The notes below the pieces were generated by a model. The model saw nothing but the letters and a program-made list of their open reading frames with translations. It was not told the DNA's origin and made no database searches. From the NCBI GenBank assembly GCA_024704765.1, contig JAKMXF010000017.1:1-22163 (forward strand): 22,163 nt of DNA. Direction: 5' to 3'. Below, piece after piece: positions 1 through 10,824 of the stretch (positions are counted from its first letter, which is position 1; each line of letters begins with the position of its first letter). The DNA comes from Oopsacas minuta (Eukaryota; Animalia; Porifera). Made by a program: the position numbers and the translations under genes.

Positions 1-96
1 GGTATTTACACATGTTAAACTCTAATAGTCCAATACCTGTAATAGTCCACCTCAACTACCGTTGCCAGTAGGTGGACTATTAGAGAGGACATACTG
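1..96 (+). mobile_element. Right half of TA-flanked MITE A
   Basis: aggtggactattagagaggacatactg then TA (97-98). Internal taatagtcca motifs are shared with 14381-14469. Confidence 0.9.
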
Positions 97-134
97 TACA
101 TATAATATAATACGAGCCTTGGAGAATTAAAATA

Positions 135-288
135 CAGTAGAACCTCTTTGATACGAGCGGACTATCGAAATTCGTACTTCTTATCTAAGTAATAATCGGA
201 GTAATATCAAGTGAAAACCATTGTAGGAACTGATTTAGTGTAAATATTTGTTCGTATTAACCATATTTGTACTAACTAGATTCTACTG
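135..288. mobile_element. TA-flanked MITE (Tc1/mariner-like termini)
   Basis: TA cagtagaa ... ttctactg TA. Confidence 0.7.
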
Positions 289-1131
289 TATATCGAATAT
301 ACTTAATCCGATTTTGACACATTTGAATTAATCATATGTAAAGTAATTTATTGTTTTGAATATGAAATAAACAAATTAGCCAAATCTCAAATATCGAAGG
401 AAACTTGATCTTAACAGCTACCCAGGGCAGTTCCGCCGAATCAGGATTTTACATCTTTCATATGTAAATTTATTATATTTTTTAAATTCCCAAATATAAT
501 GACAATATCCGTGCGGTAGTCAAATCAGATGCGGGGTGGTGGAGCTGAAACATGTTTCCAATTAACAGTGGCCTAATTAGTGAAAATTAAATCTACCAGT
601 ACTGACCCTGAATATTTAAAAAATGACAGACATGTAGTTCTGTAAATGTATTCTTTGTGGGAATACTGAATTTAATTACCACAAAGAGTGACGGACGGGG
701 TTCATAAGATACCGAGTACATATCTTGACTTCATATAATAAGCGTACTAGGTTACTATAGTTTTAACCAAGCTGACTTCACTGATTAAGTACAGATTTTA
801 GTCAAAACTATCACAGGGTTTTTTCTAGATGATTTGAGGGGTAAAATGCCCCCCCCCCCTCAAATATTCTCCTAAAAAACCCCTTGTATAACATAAAATT
901 ATACAATTATTAATGCAAAATTAAAAGATAAACAAATCATCATATCAGATTCACACAGATTATCTTTAGACTGGTAATTAATATTTACATATCTATCATG
1001 CATGTAGCTTAAATAATTCTGTATATACATCTTCATGCTTCAATTGAATTCTACTATTTATCTGTGGAATTTCTTAATGACAGGGATTTTATAAACTATC
1101 TTAAGAAGCACAGTATAGTAGATATGTAAAA

Positions 1132-1274
1132 ACCAAGGTTGCAACCGAATAATATTTGGCGAATAGTTCAATATTCGGTTACAGTAACCGAATATTATCA
1201 GTATTCGTATTCGTAATCGGCAAGACAGCTATTTATGAATACTGATATTCGGTTCGGTCGGTTTCAACCTTGGT
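1132..1274. mobile_element. Short TIR element
   Basis: accaaggttgcaaccga / tcggtttcaaccttggt (16 of 17 match), with internal ccgaata/tattcgg motifs. No clear TSD. Confidence 0.7.
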
Positions 1275-1796
1275 ATCAACTATATCAATACTATCTTTGG
1301 TGCCAATTCACATATCCTTAATTATATCGTCACTAATAGATATTATGAAGTCTTAGCCGTATTTCTCCTCCATTTATGATATATTTAAATATATCAAAAT
1401 TGTAGAAGTTGAAACGAAAGCATCATTTTGAAGTATTACCAAAAGGTGGAAAAATATGATTAATCATATGTTAAATATGTGAATTTGTAACTTCCTGACT
1501 CTGAAAATTTCAAAATCTGACTCTACGCACCCAATTACCCCTGAAAACATGTTGAAACTTAGTCTTGAGGATGCTTTTGAGTTGTACTTATAAAAAATTT
1601 ATACCCGAGGGGCAAATCTCCGACAAAAATGATATGTGTACCAATTTTCATGTGAATCGGATTGCTAGATTTCGCACGGCCGCGAACGGACTTACGGACA
1701 TCGAACATAGCCCAAAAGAAAAATGGAGATAAAAGAACCTGTATGAAAAATCAAATTCTGCTTCAAACGATACAAAATGAAATAACTAGAACATAC

Positions 1797-1947
1797 CGAA
1801 TAGGATTGAATCTGAAAGAGAACTGATAATGTTTTGCTCGCCGATAGGAACAAACTGATTATTGTCCTCTAGTAATCCTACCATCTCTTGCTTAGTTAGT
1901 TCTTTCTTAAGAATACCTATTAGCTTCCATATTTTCTCGTTCTGAGA
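1797..1947 (-). CDS. PARP1: PARP1 exon 5 (PADR1/zinc finger 3, helical part)
   Basis: SQNEKIWKLIGILKKELTKQEMVGLLEDNNQFVPIGEQNIISSLSDSILF. ctttag acceptor, GTATGT donor, phase 1 out. Not in the ORF track. Confidence 0.9.
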
Positions 1948-1962
1948 CTAAAGTACAAAATA

Positions 1963-2097
1963 CAGTCGAAAACGGTTTTTTCTAACTATTGTTTACAGGA
2001 AAATTAGTAAGAATAAATCGATGGAAAATTTAAGAAAAATCTCACATTCTATGCAATCTGAGCAATAAAATAGAGTTAGAAAAACCGATTTCGACTG
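1963..2097. mobile_element. TA-flanked MITE
   Basis: TA cagtcgaaaacggttttttctaact ... agttagaaaaaccgatttcgactg TA. Confidence 0.85.
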
Positions 2098-2712
2098 TAG
2101 AGGAAATAATCATGTAGTTAAGTTATATTAGGCCTCACAAATAAGTGGAAATAGTATCTGCATCGTGCCTCGAATTTCTTTTCATAAGAACAACAAATAT
2201 TCACAAAATGTTGTTGAAATAGCATATTTGGAATCAGCGTACAGTGAAACCCTGCTTAACGGAATTCGTGGAATAGCGGCCACCTCGAAATTATTTCGTA
2301 GAAAGGAAAATTCCTAGAACCGAAATAATATTGCAATATTATTATTTAAGTTTGTCGCTGAGTAATATTGTTTGTAATTGTAGATTTTCATAAATTGTAA
2401 AGTCAGGGTGAATAACCAAAAAGCTGTAGTACCAAAAATTAGGGCGAGATAAAAACCCTGGACCAAGAATAAGGGTTAGGTTTGTAACCAAACCGTGAGG
2501 AAAGAGAAAAATCCCCTGGAATAATTCCCGGATACTTTACCGTTCAACGAAATTTCTGGTCTGTTTACCATACAAAAGCGTATCAAACTTGTATTTCTAG
2601 CTAAGTCTCATAATTTCAAATAAAGGCCAATAGTTTACTTGTACCTCGAGTTAATTAATGTAGCCTATATTTTGCTGTGATTCGCCAATTACTAATCGAA
2701 GGTATAATATAC

Positions 2713-3012
2713 CTTCAGGTAATCCAATTCTGTTTGTTCCTCCTTAGTACGCTTAGCAGGAGGAGCTCCTGTCTGTTCCTTACTTCTCTTGGGAGCTACT
2801 TTAGCCTTCCCAAGCTCTTTCTCTAACAAAGATTTATCTGCTTTCTTCAAAGAGGAATATCCATTAATATTGTTAGCAGATAAATTGCTAGCTTCCAACT
2901 CTTCCCTCTTCTTCATGAAACACTCTACGTGATGCCAGCGTGGCGATTTAACAAACACTGGTCTGCTTCCAACACCATCAGAAGTTTCCATATGTCCAAG
3001 TCTAAGTGCATC
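2713..3012 (-). CDS. PARP1: PARP1 exon 4 (second half of zinc finger 2, basic NLS-like linker)
   Basis: DALRLGHM...PRWHHVECFMKKREEL...PKRSK...PPAKRTKEEQTELDYLK. 300 nt, AG/GT, phase 0/0. Confidence 0.95.
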
Positions 3013-4005
3013 CTATAAACACAAATTTATATTTGCAAATACAGGTAAAGCCTCCAAAGTGGCACCTACGGCACAATCCCATTCCACTGATTGATTTTCC
3101 TATACAAATATAACTTCTCGAACCTCTGAGATACAGCACATAATTATCTCCAGATGATGCCGTTTCTCGGGGGTTTAGCTGTATAAAGAAAATTTGTCTA
3201 GAACAGTTGTATATATTTAACCGATTATGGCCAGAAAAATGTTGGAATGTTTGTAGGTTAAAATTTGAGGAAATGTTGATGTTTACAGAATTGTGTAAAA
3301 TGTGATGCTAAAATTTAGTGTTCCGTTTCATTACAATAGTAACAGTTTGACTGTATTCAGGTGAAGAGAGTGGCATATACTACAACAATCCTGCCAGATC
3401 TGCTAATGCATGAAAATAAGGATGTTAATCCATGAAATATATTAAGGAAGGATCTCCATGCAACACTTAGTAAACAAACATCTATTTCTTGGTTACCCTT
3501 CAGGAATGAAGTACACTCTGTAAGTAATGGCTAAATAGTCTAGAGTCTACTGATGTTGGTAACGGCCAGGGATGGATCTATTTTCAAATTATCCTGAGGG
3601 TATTTTATTCAGATTCATTTTTCAGAGGGTGGCTTTGGTGAAACACTGGTAGCAGCTGGTAATATCCTGTACGATAGTTTATTAAAACTCGCATAACAGC
3701 TGGTCTATAATTTCCTAAATTTCCCTAACAAATTCCAGTATTACTAGTGCAAATTGAATATACATAATAGCAATAAGAATTCTATAGAAACATAGTTATA
3801 AAATTCCAGCCAATAGAATTGCTACAACAATTATATTAGATATACTAGAAAAGTGATTCGAAAGGTTTCAGGTAGTTTTTAGCTCAGGCTTAGCTACACG
3901 TGGAAGGTATACGTAATCTATGACTATTTAGATTTGTATAAAATGTATAAATAGAATAATATCGCAAAGGAAATTAGAAATTACAAAAATAGTAATAGAA
4001 TCTAA

Positions 4006-4746
4006 ATGACATCATCAGAATATCTGCTACAAATACTTATCGAAATAATACTATTGTTAGCAACATTTTCTATTGCTAAGATCCATTACAAATTTCTCAA
4101 CAACAATACTCCGAAACTAGAACCATATACAATTCCTATACAATCCAACAATTATAACACTCCGGATAGAAATGACGAAACAATCGCGACACACCCCACT
4201 ATAGATGAAATTAATGCTGACAATATTGATGCACCAGTATCACTATTGATAGTAATCATTGTTAATCAATTGGTCAACTTGTTCAACAGTTGGTTAACAT
4301 GGTTTGTGACTGTGGTGGAAAAGAGACAAACTCTATATCACGAGCAATTGAAGAACGATATCTTAGCAAATGAAATTACTGGAGAAGACTATGAATCGGA
4401 TAAAGAAACATCATCCAATTCTTTGGAATCAGAAATGAACTTATCCGAAATAAGCTCAATTCAGAAACAAGCTATGGAAGATACAGCAGGTTTATTCATC
4501 GCAAAAGCGCTCTGCTACTCAAATAAACAAGAATACAAACTTGCAGTCAAAATGTTAACGCGTGCAGCTAAATTAGAGAATCCAGTAGCACATTACAACC
4601 TGGGATTGATGTACTTCAATGGAAAAGGAGTAGAGAAAAATCTCCAAACAGCGCTCAATTGTTTTGTAAAAGCTTCGAGTAAAGGACATGCTAAGTCAAC
4701 TGAAAATGTGAAACTATTAAGAAGGCGAAATAATTTGTTAAAATAG
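4006..4746 (+). CDS. Intronless Sel1-like-repeat protein with N-terminal hydrophobic segment(s), nested antisense in PARP1 intron 3
   Basis: ATG-started 246-aa ORF. C-terminal AAKLENPVAHYNLGLMYFNGKGVEKNLQTALNCFVKASSKGH fits the Sel1 consensus. Hydrophobic stretches at about aa 6-26 and 78-103. Confidence 0.85.
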   Translation: MTSSEYLLQILIEIILLLATFSIAKIHYKFLNNNTPKLEPYTIPIQSNNYNTPDRNDETIATHPTIDEINADNIDAPVSLLIVIIVNQLVNLFNSWLTWFVTVVEKRQTLYHEQLKNDILANEITGEDYESDKETSSNSLESEMNLSEISSIQKQAMEDTAGLFIAKALCYSNKQEYKLAVKMLTRAAKLENPVAHYNLGLMYFNGKGVEKNLQTALNCFVKASSKGHAKSTENVKLLRRRNNLLK

Positions 4747-4833
4747 TTTAATATTTATTTATTGAATAATATTCAAGGAATGCTTGTTGAATTTTTAATA
4801 TTTGTTGTATTTTAATCATTAAATTAACATTAC

Positions 4834-4916
4834 CTTTTCAATCTTCTCTCCACAACCTTGACATAAACTTCTATTAGACTTTGCATATTCTGCAACATAA
4901 TCGTGATCTATCGCAA
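4834..4916 (-). CDS. PARP1: PARP1 exon 3 (first half of zinc finger 2)
   Basis: 83 nt, (V)AIDHDYVAEYAKSNRSLCQGCGEKIEK. AG/GT flanks, phase 1 in and phase 0 out, matching both neighbours. Confidence 0.93.
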
Positions 4917-5112
4917 CTAGTAAATTCAAATAAATGTTAATATGCAACCACAATAGTGAACATTGTAAATACGGAATACAAATTTCACGGAAATACATGT
5001 ATGGGTGTAAATATAGTTTTCAATTGCGATCATATCCTTCAAAATCGAGACAGGAAATATAAATTATTACAATCATTACAATGTTTTGCAATTCATACTT
5101 CAGCCAAAAGTA

Positions 5113-5198
5113 CAGTCGAAATCTGTTTTACTTACTAATCAGTTTTTTTCTTTCTTTATTTCCGTGGAAGAAATAGTAAGAAAAACCGGTTTCTACTG
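5113..5198. mobile_element. TA-flanked MITE related to 1963-2097
   Basis: TA cagtcgaaatctgtttt ... aaaaaccggtttctactg TA. Confidence 0.7.
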
Positions 5199-6087
5199 TA
5201 TTTGTTAACGAATAACAGGACTTCTAGGACTTCTCTTAACATTGGCTAAAATTAAAAGTTCTCAAATATTTCCTTTGCAAGTAATTCTACTTTCGTTATT
5301 CTGTACTGTGAAAATGAAGTGGAACCCTGCAGCTGGACAAACGCATGTAATTAATTATACTAAAAATAAAGACACGTGCCACAGTTCTTCAGTTTCCAGA
5401 AACTCTTACTTGGGAATTGGGAGCAACTAACTGTAATGCAGTTTCGTATAGTGATGATACGTTACATAATTATCACAAGATGAAACTAAATTACAATTTG
5501 TTGTTTCCAAATAAGAGTCCTTGGCAAAATTAGAGGCGTAGCCAAGATGCGGAACATGCTGCACCTACAATTACGTGTGCCAACCAAAATTGTAGATATA
5601 AATGTATCACAGGTGCGGTATTGCGGCACCAACGTGCTGACCTAGTGTCACACACTGACAACATTATAAATGTGCGAGATCCCTGCAAGTAGGACAATTA
5701 CTGGCTAAGGATTAGCTAGAATAAATAGCTAAGTTGTTTAATACGTATTATATATTTTGGTGACGTAACTTCTATTAGGCTGATTGCTGCAATATATATT
5801 CGGCATGAAAACAGAAGTTCTCGAATTGTTAATGAGAAATATCAGCTTAGTTGACCAAATTATGAATACTTGATAATTATGTGATTTATACAAGTCCAAA
5901 AATGTCAAAATGTCCTATTTCGAGATTAACCCAGAAGTATAATACGTAAAATAGATAATGTATAAGGTATTATACAACTTAGATAAATAGTAATAAAAAA
6001 TACATAAATAAAAGAATTAAGATTACTCTTAATATGACTACTACATATAACTGTGTGGTAAATAACAATATATTTCAGCAAACATAC

Positions 6088-6277
6088 CAGAATGTTTCCC
6101 ATGAGCTCCTGCAGAATTAGTCCCGTCCACTGACATTAATTTTTTCTGAATTTTTTCTTGATCTTCCCACTTGAGAGAATCGTATCCACCAACATCTGCT
6201 GTGCTCTTAATTGTTTTCTTTTTAAAGAAACAAGATTGATGGTACCAGTTGGGCACTTTACCGTCAAAATGTGGAGA
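6088..6277 (-). CDS. PARP1: PARP1 exon 2 (second half of zinc finger 1)
   Basis: tatag acceptor, then SPHFDGKVPNWYHQSCFFKK...YDSLKWEDQEKI. GTATGT donor, phase 1. Confidence 0.95.
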
Positions 6278-6993
6278 CTATAAGACCAAACAAACCAATA
6301 AGAAGAGATACAAAGTGATAAGTGAGATTTTAATAAAATAAAATACTCTACAGTCTGAATCATAAAACAAAGATGATTTCGAAATTCAAATTTAAATATA
6401 TTTTTCGGTTCTAGTGTATAAACCGTCACGCAGTGACCAAAAGCACTAAAAGAAGTTTAGCTGTTGTTTTGCTAAGTTTGAGGCACTAAGTGTTGAGCAT
6501 ACGGCAGTCCCGTAGCAGACTAGCAGGCGAGCACTGAGAAGCCCGCTAATAATTCAATAAAATTTTTTTGAGAATACGCACCTAAAAGTAACATCTCATT
6601 ATGCGTAACTAGCAGAATTCGTGTATAAAAAATTAGAACCTTTCAAAACCTAACTTACAAATGAATAATATTATGCAAATTCGGACTTTAAGCTAATTGG
6701 TGCAGGGTGTATAATGCTATTTTGAGTAAAGTAATATTCATACGGGAGGATTTATTTAGACACTAAATTACACATGCATGTGCGCATGCAGTTAATATTC
6801 AGTCTATATATTCTTTGTTGTGATTAATATTTGGCGACTTACAAATTAATGATAGTACACGTATATATGGTATTGGCTATTTTTCTATAATTAATCAAAC
6901 ACAAATACCCAACTGCTAGGATTTAAATACGTTGTAATGCTGTTATGGTTGTGAAGCATGAAGTCCAATAGTAATAGTTGTGTCATGACCAAC

Positions 6994-7107
6994 CTGTACC
7001 ATCTCAGCTATCCTCAGGCTATCTTTGAATATGTTACCTTTACAGCCTTTACAACCAGCTCGACTAGACTTAGCATACTCAGCTAGAAATTTAGATTTCT
7101 CCTCCAT
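6994..7107 (-). CDS. PARP1: PARP1 coding exon 1 (start codon, first half of zinc finger 1)
   Basis: Translates MEEKSKFLAEYAKSSRAGCKGCKGNIFKDSLRIAEMVQ, the EYAKS..CxxC motif of the PARP zinc finger. GT donor at 6993-6992, phase 0. Not in the ORF track. Confidence 0.95.
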
Positions 7108-7869
7108 TTAGATAATGAAATCTGAAAAAGTACAACAATTTAAAATAAATAAGATATGATGATATTAACTAAATCGCATTAATATTGGTTGTCTTTGAAC
7201 ACAGACTAGTAGAATACACGGACGCGACAAATTCAAACCACGGTGAGAAATGCATAGGCTGAATATTGATCTACCATAACTTATGTTTTACTTAGAATTT
7301 TTCCATACATTCTGTGTACAAATGCTAGGAAATCTTTTGATAAATTCATTTATGTGAGTAATTCGTCATAACTGACTCATATCGAGTTTAAATTACTTTA
7401 TATCATGAATGAAACGGATTTCGTATAGATGACTGTATCAAATATTGAGATGTCTAGCACAACTGTTTGAGTTATTTACTATAAGTGTATTATCAACCCA
7501 TTTAAATAGGATATCAAAGTATGAGTATGGCTTCTCAAATTATGAGTTGTCATCATTTGATTGCATAATTGCCTTTATTGGACCATTTGGCCATATTTCG
7601 AGCCTTTTTTACCCTGTTTTATACAAGATGGATCTTCTATCCTTGAATGGAATAATAGTGACATGTAATCACTTATATTGTCATAAGAGAGACGACATAC
7701 GTATCTATTAGATTTCATTCACCAATATATATATATAATACATATAGTACATACAATATCTTATCGAGCAAAGAAAATAAACAATTAGAGGAATCTCTAT
7801 ATATACACACATAAATAATATAATCCATCATTAGTTACAGGAATAATTATATTTGTCGCTAGCAGAAGA

Positions 7870-8925
7870 TTAGTCGTCAATAGCTGTAATAGATTCTTCT
7901 GGAAGTAACTCTAACGTACTGATATAAGAGCAGAACTCTGTAAAGTCAACAGATCCATCTGAATTGATGTCAATTTTATTAAACAGTTCATGACCTTGAT
8001 TAAAATTATACTCTTCAATGTTGTATAGAAAATTTGAGAATTCTTTGCGAGTTATTTTACCGTCTCCATTCTTGTCAATCGTGTCAAACAGTATTCGTAT
8101 TTGCTGGTCATCTTCTGGATCCATGTTGCTAGAACGCGCTCTAGAGAACACAATGGGAGTATTTTCAGATGTGGAACGCGGAAACGAAGGTGTACTACCG
8201 CCTCCATCACCAGAATTATCACCAGAAGCTTGTGCTTTGGGAGTTGTAAAATTGGTAGCAGGATTAAGTGTGTCATCATCAGAACACTTAGTAGAACTAG
8301 CAATAATACCGCTTGTATGCACTGATGCGCTTTTCTTAACTTTCTTCATGGGCGAGGTCTTAAACTTTACAACAGCTAATGTAGCTCTCCGTATACTATT
8401 CCATCCAGGATGTTTCTCACACTCAATGCTCGTACTCATAGCAAGTCTGAACTTTTCGCTACCTTGTTCCCCCAAGGTTCCTTGCTGTAGCAGGCTAATG
8501 CTCTTCCGCTTAAACTTACTGTTTACAGGCGCTGTACTTATCCGCTGTCTGAGAGGCAATCCAGAAAACTCAAATACGTCAGAATCATCAGTGAATTCTT
8601 TTGTAGTGACAGACTTCTTGGCAACATTGAGAGGAGTTTTGGCTTGAATAGGAGGAAAGGAGAAACGTTCTCCTTTAGGATTAGGCGCTAGATCGATACG
8701 AGCTGTCTGCTTTGCATCAAACTGTATAATCTCAATACCACTAGTATCAGCCTTGAAGTGTAGGAATGCAGCAAGATTTCCATGAGTCCCTACGTAGTTA
8801 GGAGCAGAGAATACTGTGATTACCATAGGGTAGTAGTAAGGTTTATGCCAAGTGTCCTTGTAGTGAGTCATGTAACCAAGATCTTTGGATTGATGAGCAC
8901 GTATTATACCGTGTAGTTCATTAAC
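7870..8925 (-). CDS. Calcineurin-A-like PPP phosphatase, terminal exon with two C-terminal EF-hands
   Basis: ctttag acceptor extends the listed ORF by VNELHGIIRAHQSKDLGY. RAHQ and ITVFSAPNY are PPP motifs. EF loops DKNGDGKITRKE (8041-8076) and DINSDGSVDFTE (7936-7971). Confidence 0.9.
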   Translation of the reverse strand, partial: VNELHGIIRAHQSKDLGYMTHYKDTWHKPYYYPMVITVFSAPNYVGTHGNLAAFLHFKADTSGIEIIQFDAKQTARIDLAPNPKGERFSFPPIQAKTPLNVAKKSVTTKEFTDDSDVFEFSGLPLRQRISTAPVNSKFKRKSISLLQQGTLGEQGSEKFRLAMSTSIECEKHPGWNSIRRATLAVVKFKTSPMKKVKKSASVHTSGIIASSTKCSDDDTLNPATNFTTPKAQASGDNSGDGGGSTPSFPRSTSENTPIVFSRARSSNMDPEDDQQIRILFDTIDKNGDGKITRKEFSNFLYNIEEYNFNQGHELFNKIDINSDGSVDFTEFCSYISTLELLPEESITAIDD

Positions 8926-8972
8926 CTAAAGAAAAGGTGGTAATGATACGAGTTACTAAATCATACTGAACT

Positions 8973-9527
8973 GTGAATATATGTTGTGATTCTCTTGTCT
9001 GTCTGTCTGTGTCCTTTTTCAAGGAAATGATAAATCATGGCATGCAATATTGCATATTTGGCATAAACGGACACTTAGTCTCTTGGCAAGTATGGTTTGT
9101 AAATTTTGTAGAAAAAGACAAATTTTGTCGTTTAACATGTTCTAAAAAGCCGCTAACTTCAAATTTAGCCACAAGCTATTGTACTGTAAATTTCAAGAAG
9201 GTAGCTACAATAGTACTATGCATTTGCAGACAATTTCACTTTATCCATTTTACATATTTCTTGGTAACTATGGTAATACTCAATAAAGCCCAAATAAGAG
9301 CAAAAGTATATAATATCTTTAGACTTGAGATATCAACTACAAACTCATTAATTGAAATGACGTCGAGTTTAGGGAATGATAATGTATCTCTACGAACGAT
9401 ACAGAGACAGTATGGAGGGCTTATATTGGAAAATGACTCATTGGAAGAGGACCCGAGACCTGGTTCTCCGTTCACGAAAGTATCACTGGAGAATATCGAA
9501 CCTGCTGACTTAGAAAATTCCTCATAA
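8973..9527 (+). CDS. Candidate nested antisense ORF/terminal exon in the phosphatase intron (hydrophobic segment plus acidic Ser/Pro tail)
   Basis: 184 stop-free codons in AT-rich DNA, with acceptor-like sites at about 9023 (ctttttcaag) and 9229 (tttgcag). No recognisable domain. Confidence 0.35.
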   Translation: MNICCDSLVCLSVSFFKEMINHGMQYCIFGINGHLVSWQVWFVNFVEKDKFCRLTCSKKPLTSNLATSYCTVNFKKVATIVLCICRQFHFIHFTYFLVTMVILNKAQIRAKVYNIFRLEISTTNSLIEMTSSLGNDNVSLRTIQRQYGGLILENDSLEEDPRPGSPFTKVSLENIEPADLENSS

Positions 9528-10695
9528 ATAATAAAACTAGCAGAGGCACTGAAGCAAATGATATCAGTGATTAACCCCAGGGAAATGTCATCAAATGCAG
9601 TAAATGCTATGTATATTCTTGATATGTCGTATAATGTTAAATCGAGTACATTTAACTTGTGGCCAATTTGAAGTTAGTGGAATACTTAGAACATAGGACA
9701 AAAATAACATAGCACCTCTTGTATATCTCACCTAAAACTACAGTACCGAATGGCCTCTCTTGTATATTGAACTTGAGTAGAATATTTCAGGGCAACGGAA
9801 ACTAAATTCGAAAAGACAAGTTGAAAAGCTAATAAATGTATTTATTACCTCTTAAAATAGTTTCAAAATTAGAACAGTTCTCTGACATATTTGCTGTAAT
9901 GGTATTTGTCATTACTTACTGTCCATATTTACTAACCATTTCCTGGCCGCAATAACGTCATCTGATTGCTTATTCTAATAGATTTATTCTGGCCAAAATA
10001 TCACGTAAATATTATAGAAATTACTAGAATTCCATATGACTGATTTAACACATCCCTGGTCCAAATCTATCGATCAATACCATTAGCCCACTACTTTAGC
10101 GCATAGAATGCTATGGACGAACTTATATTCTTAAAAAAAGATAGAAATCGGCAAACTGTCGCTTCCCTTCACATCTAATAACAAGAAGCGTGAAATATGG
10201 AGAGGGTAGATACTTTCATGAATTTAGAGCTAGATAACGTTTGGATGGCCTAGTAGCTGGATGTGAAATAACCTGAGCATTAAGCGCTCCTCAGTTTTTG
10301 AGCGCGCTCTCGCTCTGGGCTCCCTCCCTGAAAAGGAGCGGCGCTCCCACCTCCGATCCTTAATCAGAAAAGGAGCACACTCCGGCTGCCGCTCCAGGAC
10401 AAACAGAGCGGACTCCAATCGCGCTCCTTTTCATTCTCTCAGATTTTCGTTATATTTGTATTTTAAGCAGTCAGGATTGAATTTAACATTCGGGAAATTG
10501 CTAAATGTGCAACTTCAAACCATTTCAATATATTGTGAATTATACAAAAGTGTCCCAGCATCCACTTTTGATTCCAAGAATGCTGAATTTTATGCATAAT
10601 AACGATGAAATTTGTAAATTGTTTGCAATTAAATAGGAGCGGGCTCCTTTAATGCTCTGGAAATAACTTTTGAATCAACAATAAACTTGACTGAC

Positions 10696-10817
10696 CTTAA
10701 GAAATGTGTGTATAGAAGCGTGTCCATAAAGAGAAGAACATCCTCTAACTATATTTGGCAGATAATCTAGCTCTAAGAACTCTTCATAATCTGCATCTGT
10801 CTTAATATTCATCTCAG
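10696..10817 (-). CDS. Calcineurin-A-like PPP phosphatase, penultimate exon (5' exons absent from this segment)
   Basis: cctag acceptor, EMNIK...DYLPNIVRGCSSLYGHASIHTFLK, GTCAGT donor in phase 0. The N-x-VRGCS motif is characteristic of calcineurin A (NTVRGCSY). Confidence 0.85.
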
Positions 10818-10823
10818 CTAGGA

Positions 10824-10824
10824 N
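10824..10824. other. Single-N contig junction
   Basis: Phosphatase acceptor on the left, right half of a MITE on the right. Confidence 0.9.

Noticed and set aside
5537-5692. C2H2-like peptide CANQNCRYKC...LRHQR on the + strand
   Set aside because: Leu-His spacing is wrong, the second His is missing and the frame is short; at best a decayed relic.
8018-8647. 209-aa + strand ORF (also 8052-8303 and 8101-8325)
   Set aside because: Antisense or alternative-frame shadows of the phosphatase terminal exon, with no domain features.
9852-9956. MVFVITYCPYLL, resembling a GPCR TM6 motif
   Set aside because: It lies downstream of the putative TM7-like exon (wrong order) in a short frame, so probably chance.
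10260-10430. GC-rich ggagc/gctcc-repeat segment as a structured ncRNA
   Set aside because: No RNA family features. Similar motifs near 10636 and 15306 point to a dispersed repeat fragment whose ends I could not define.
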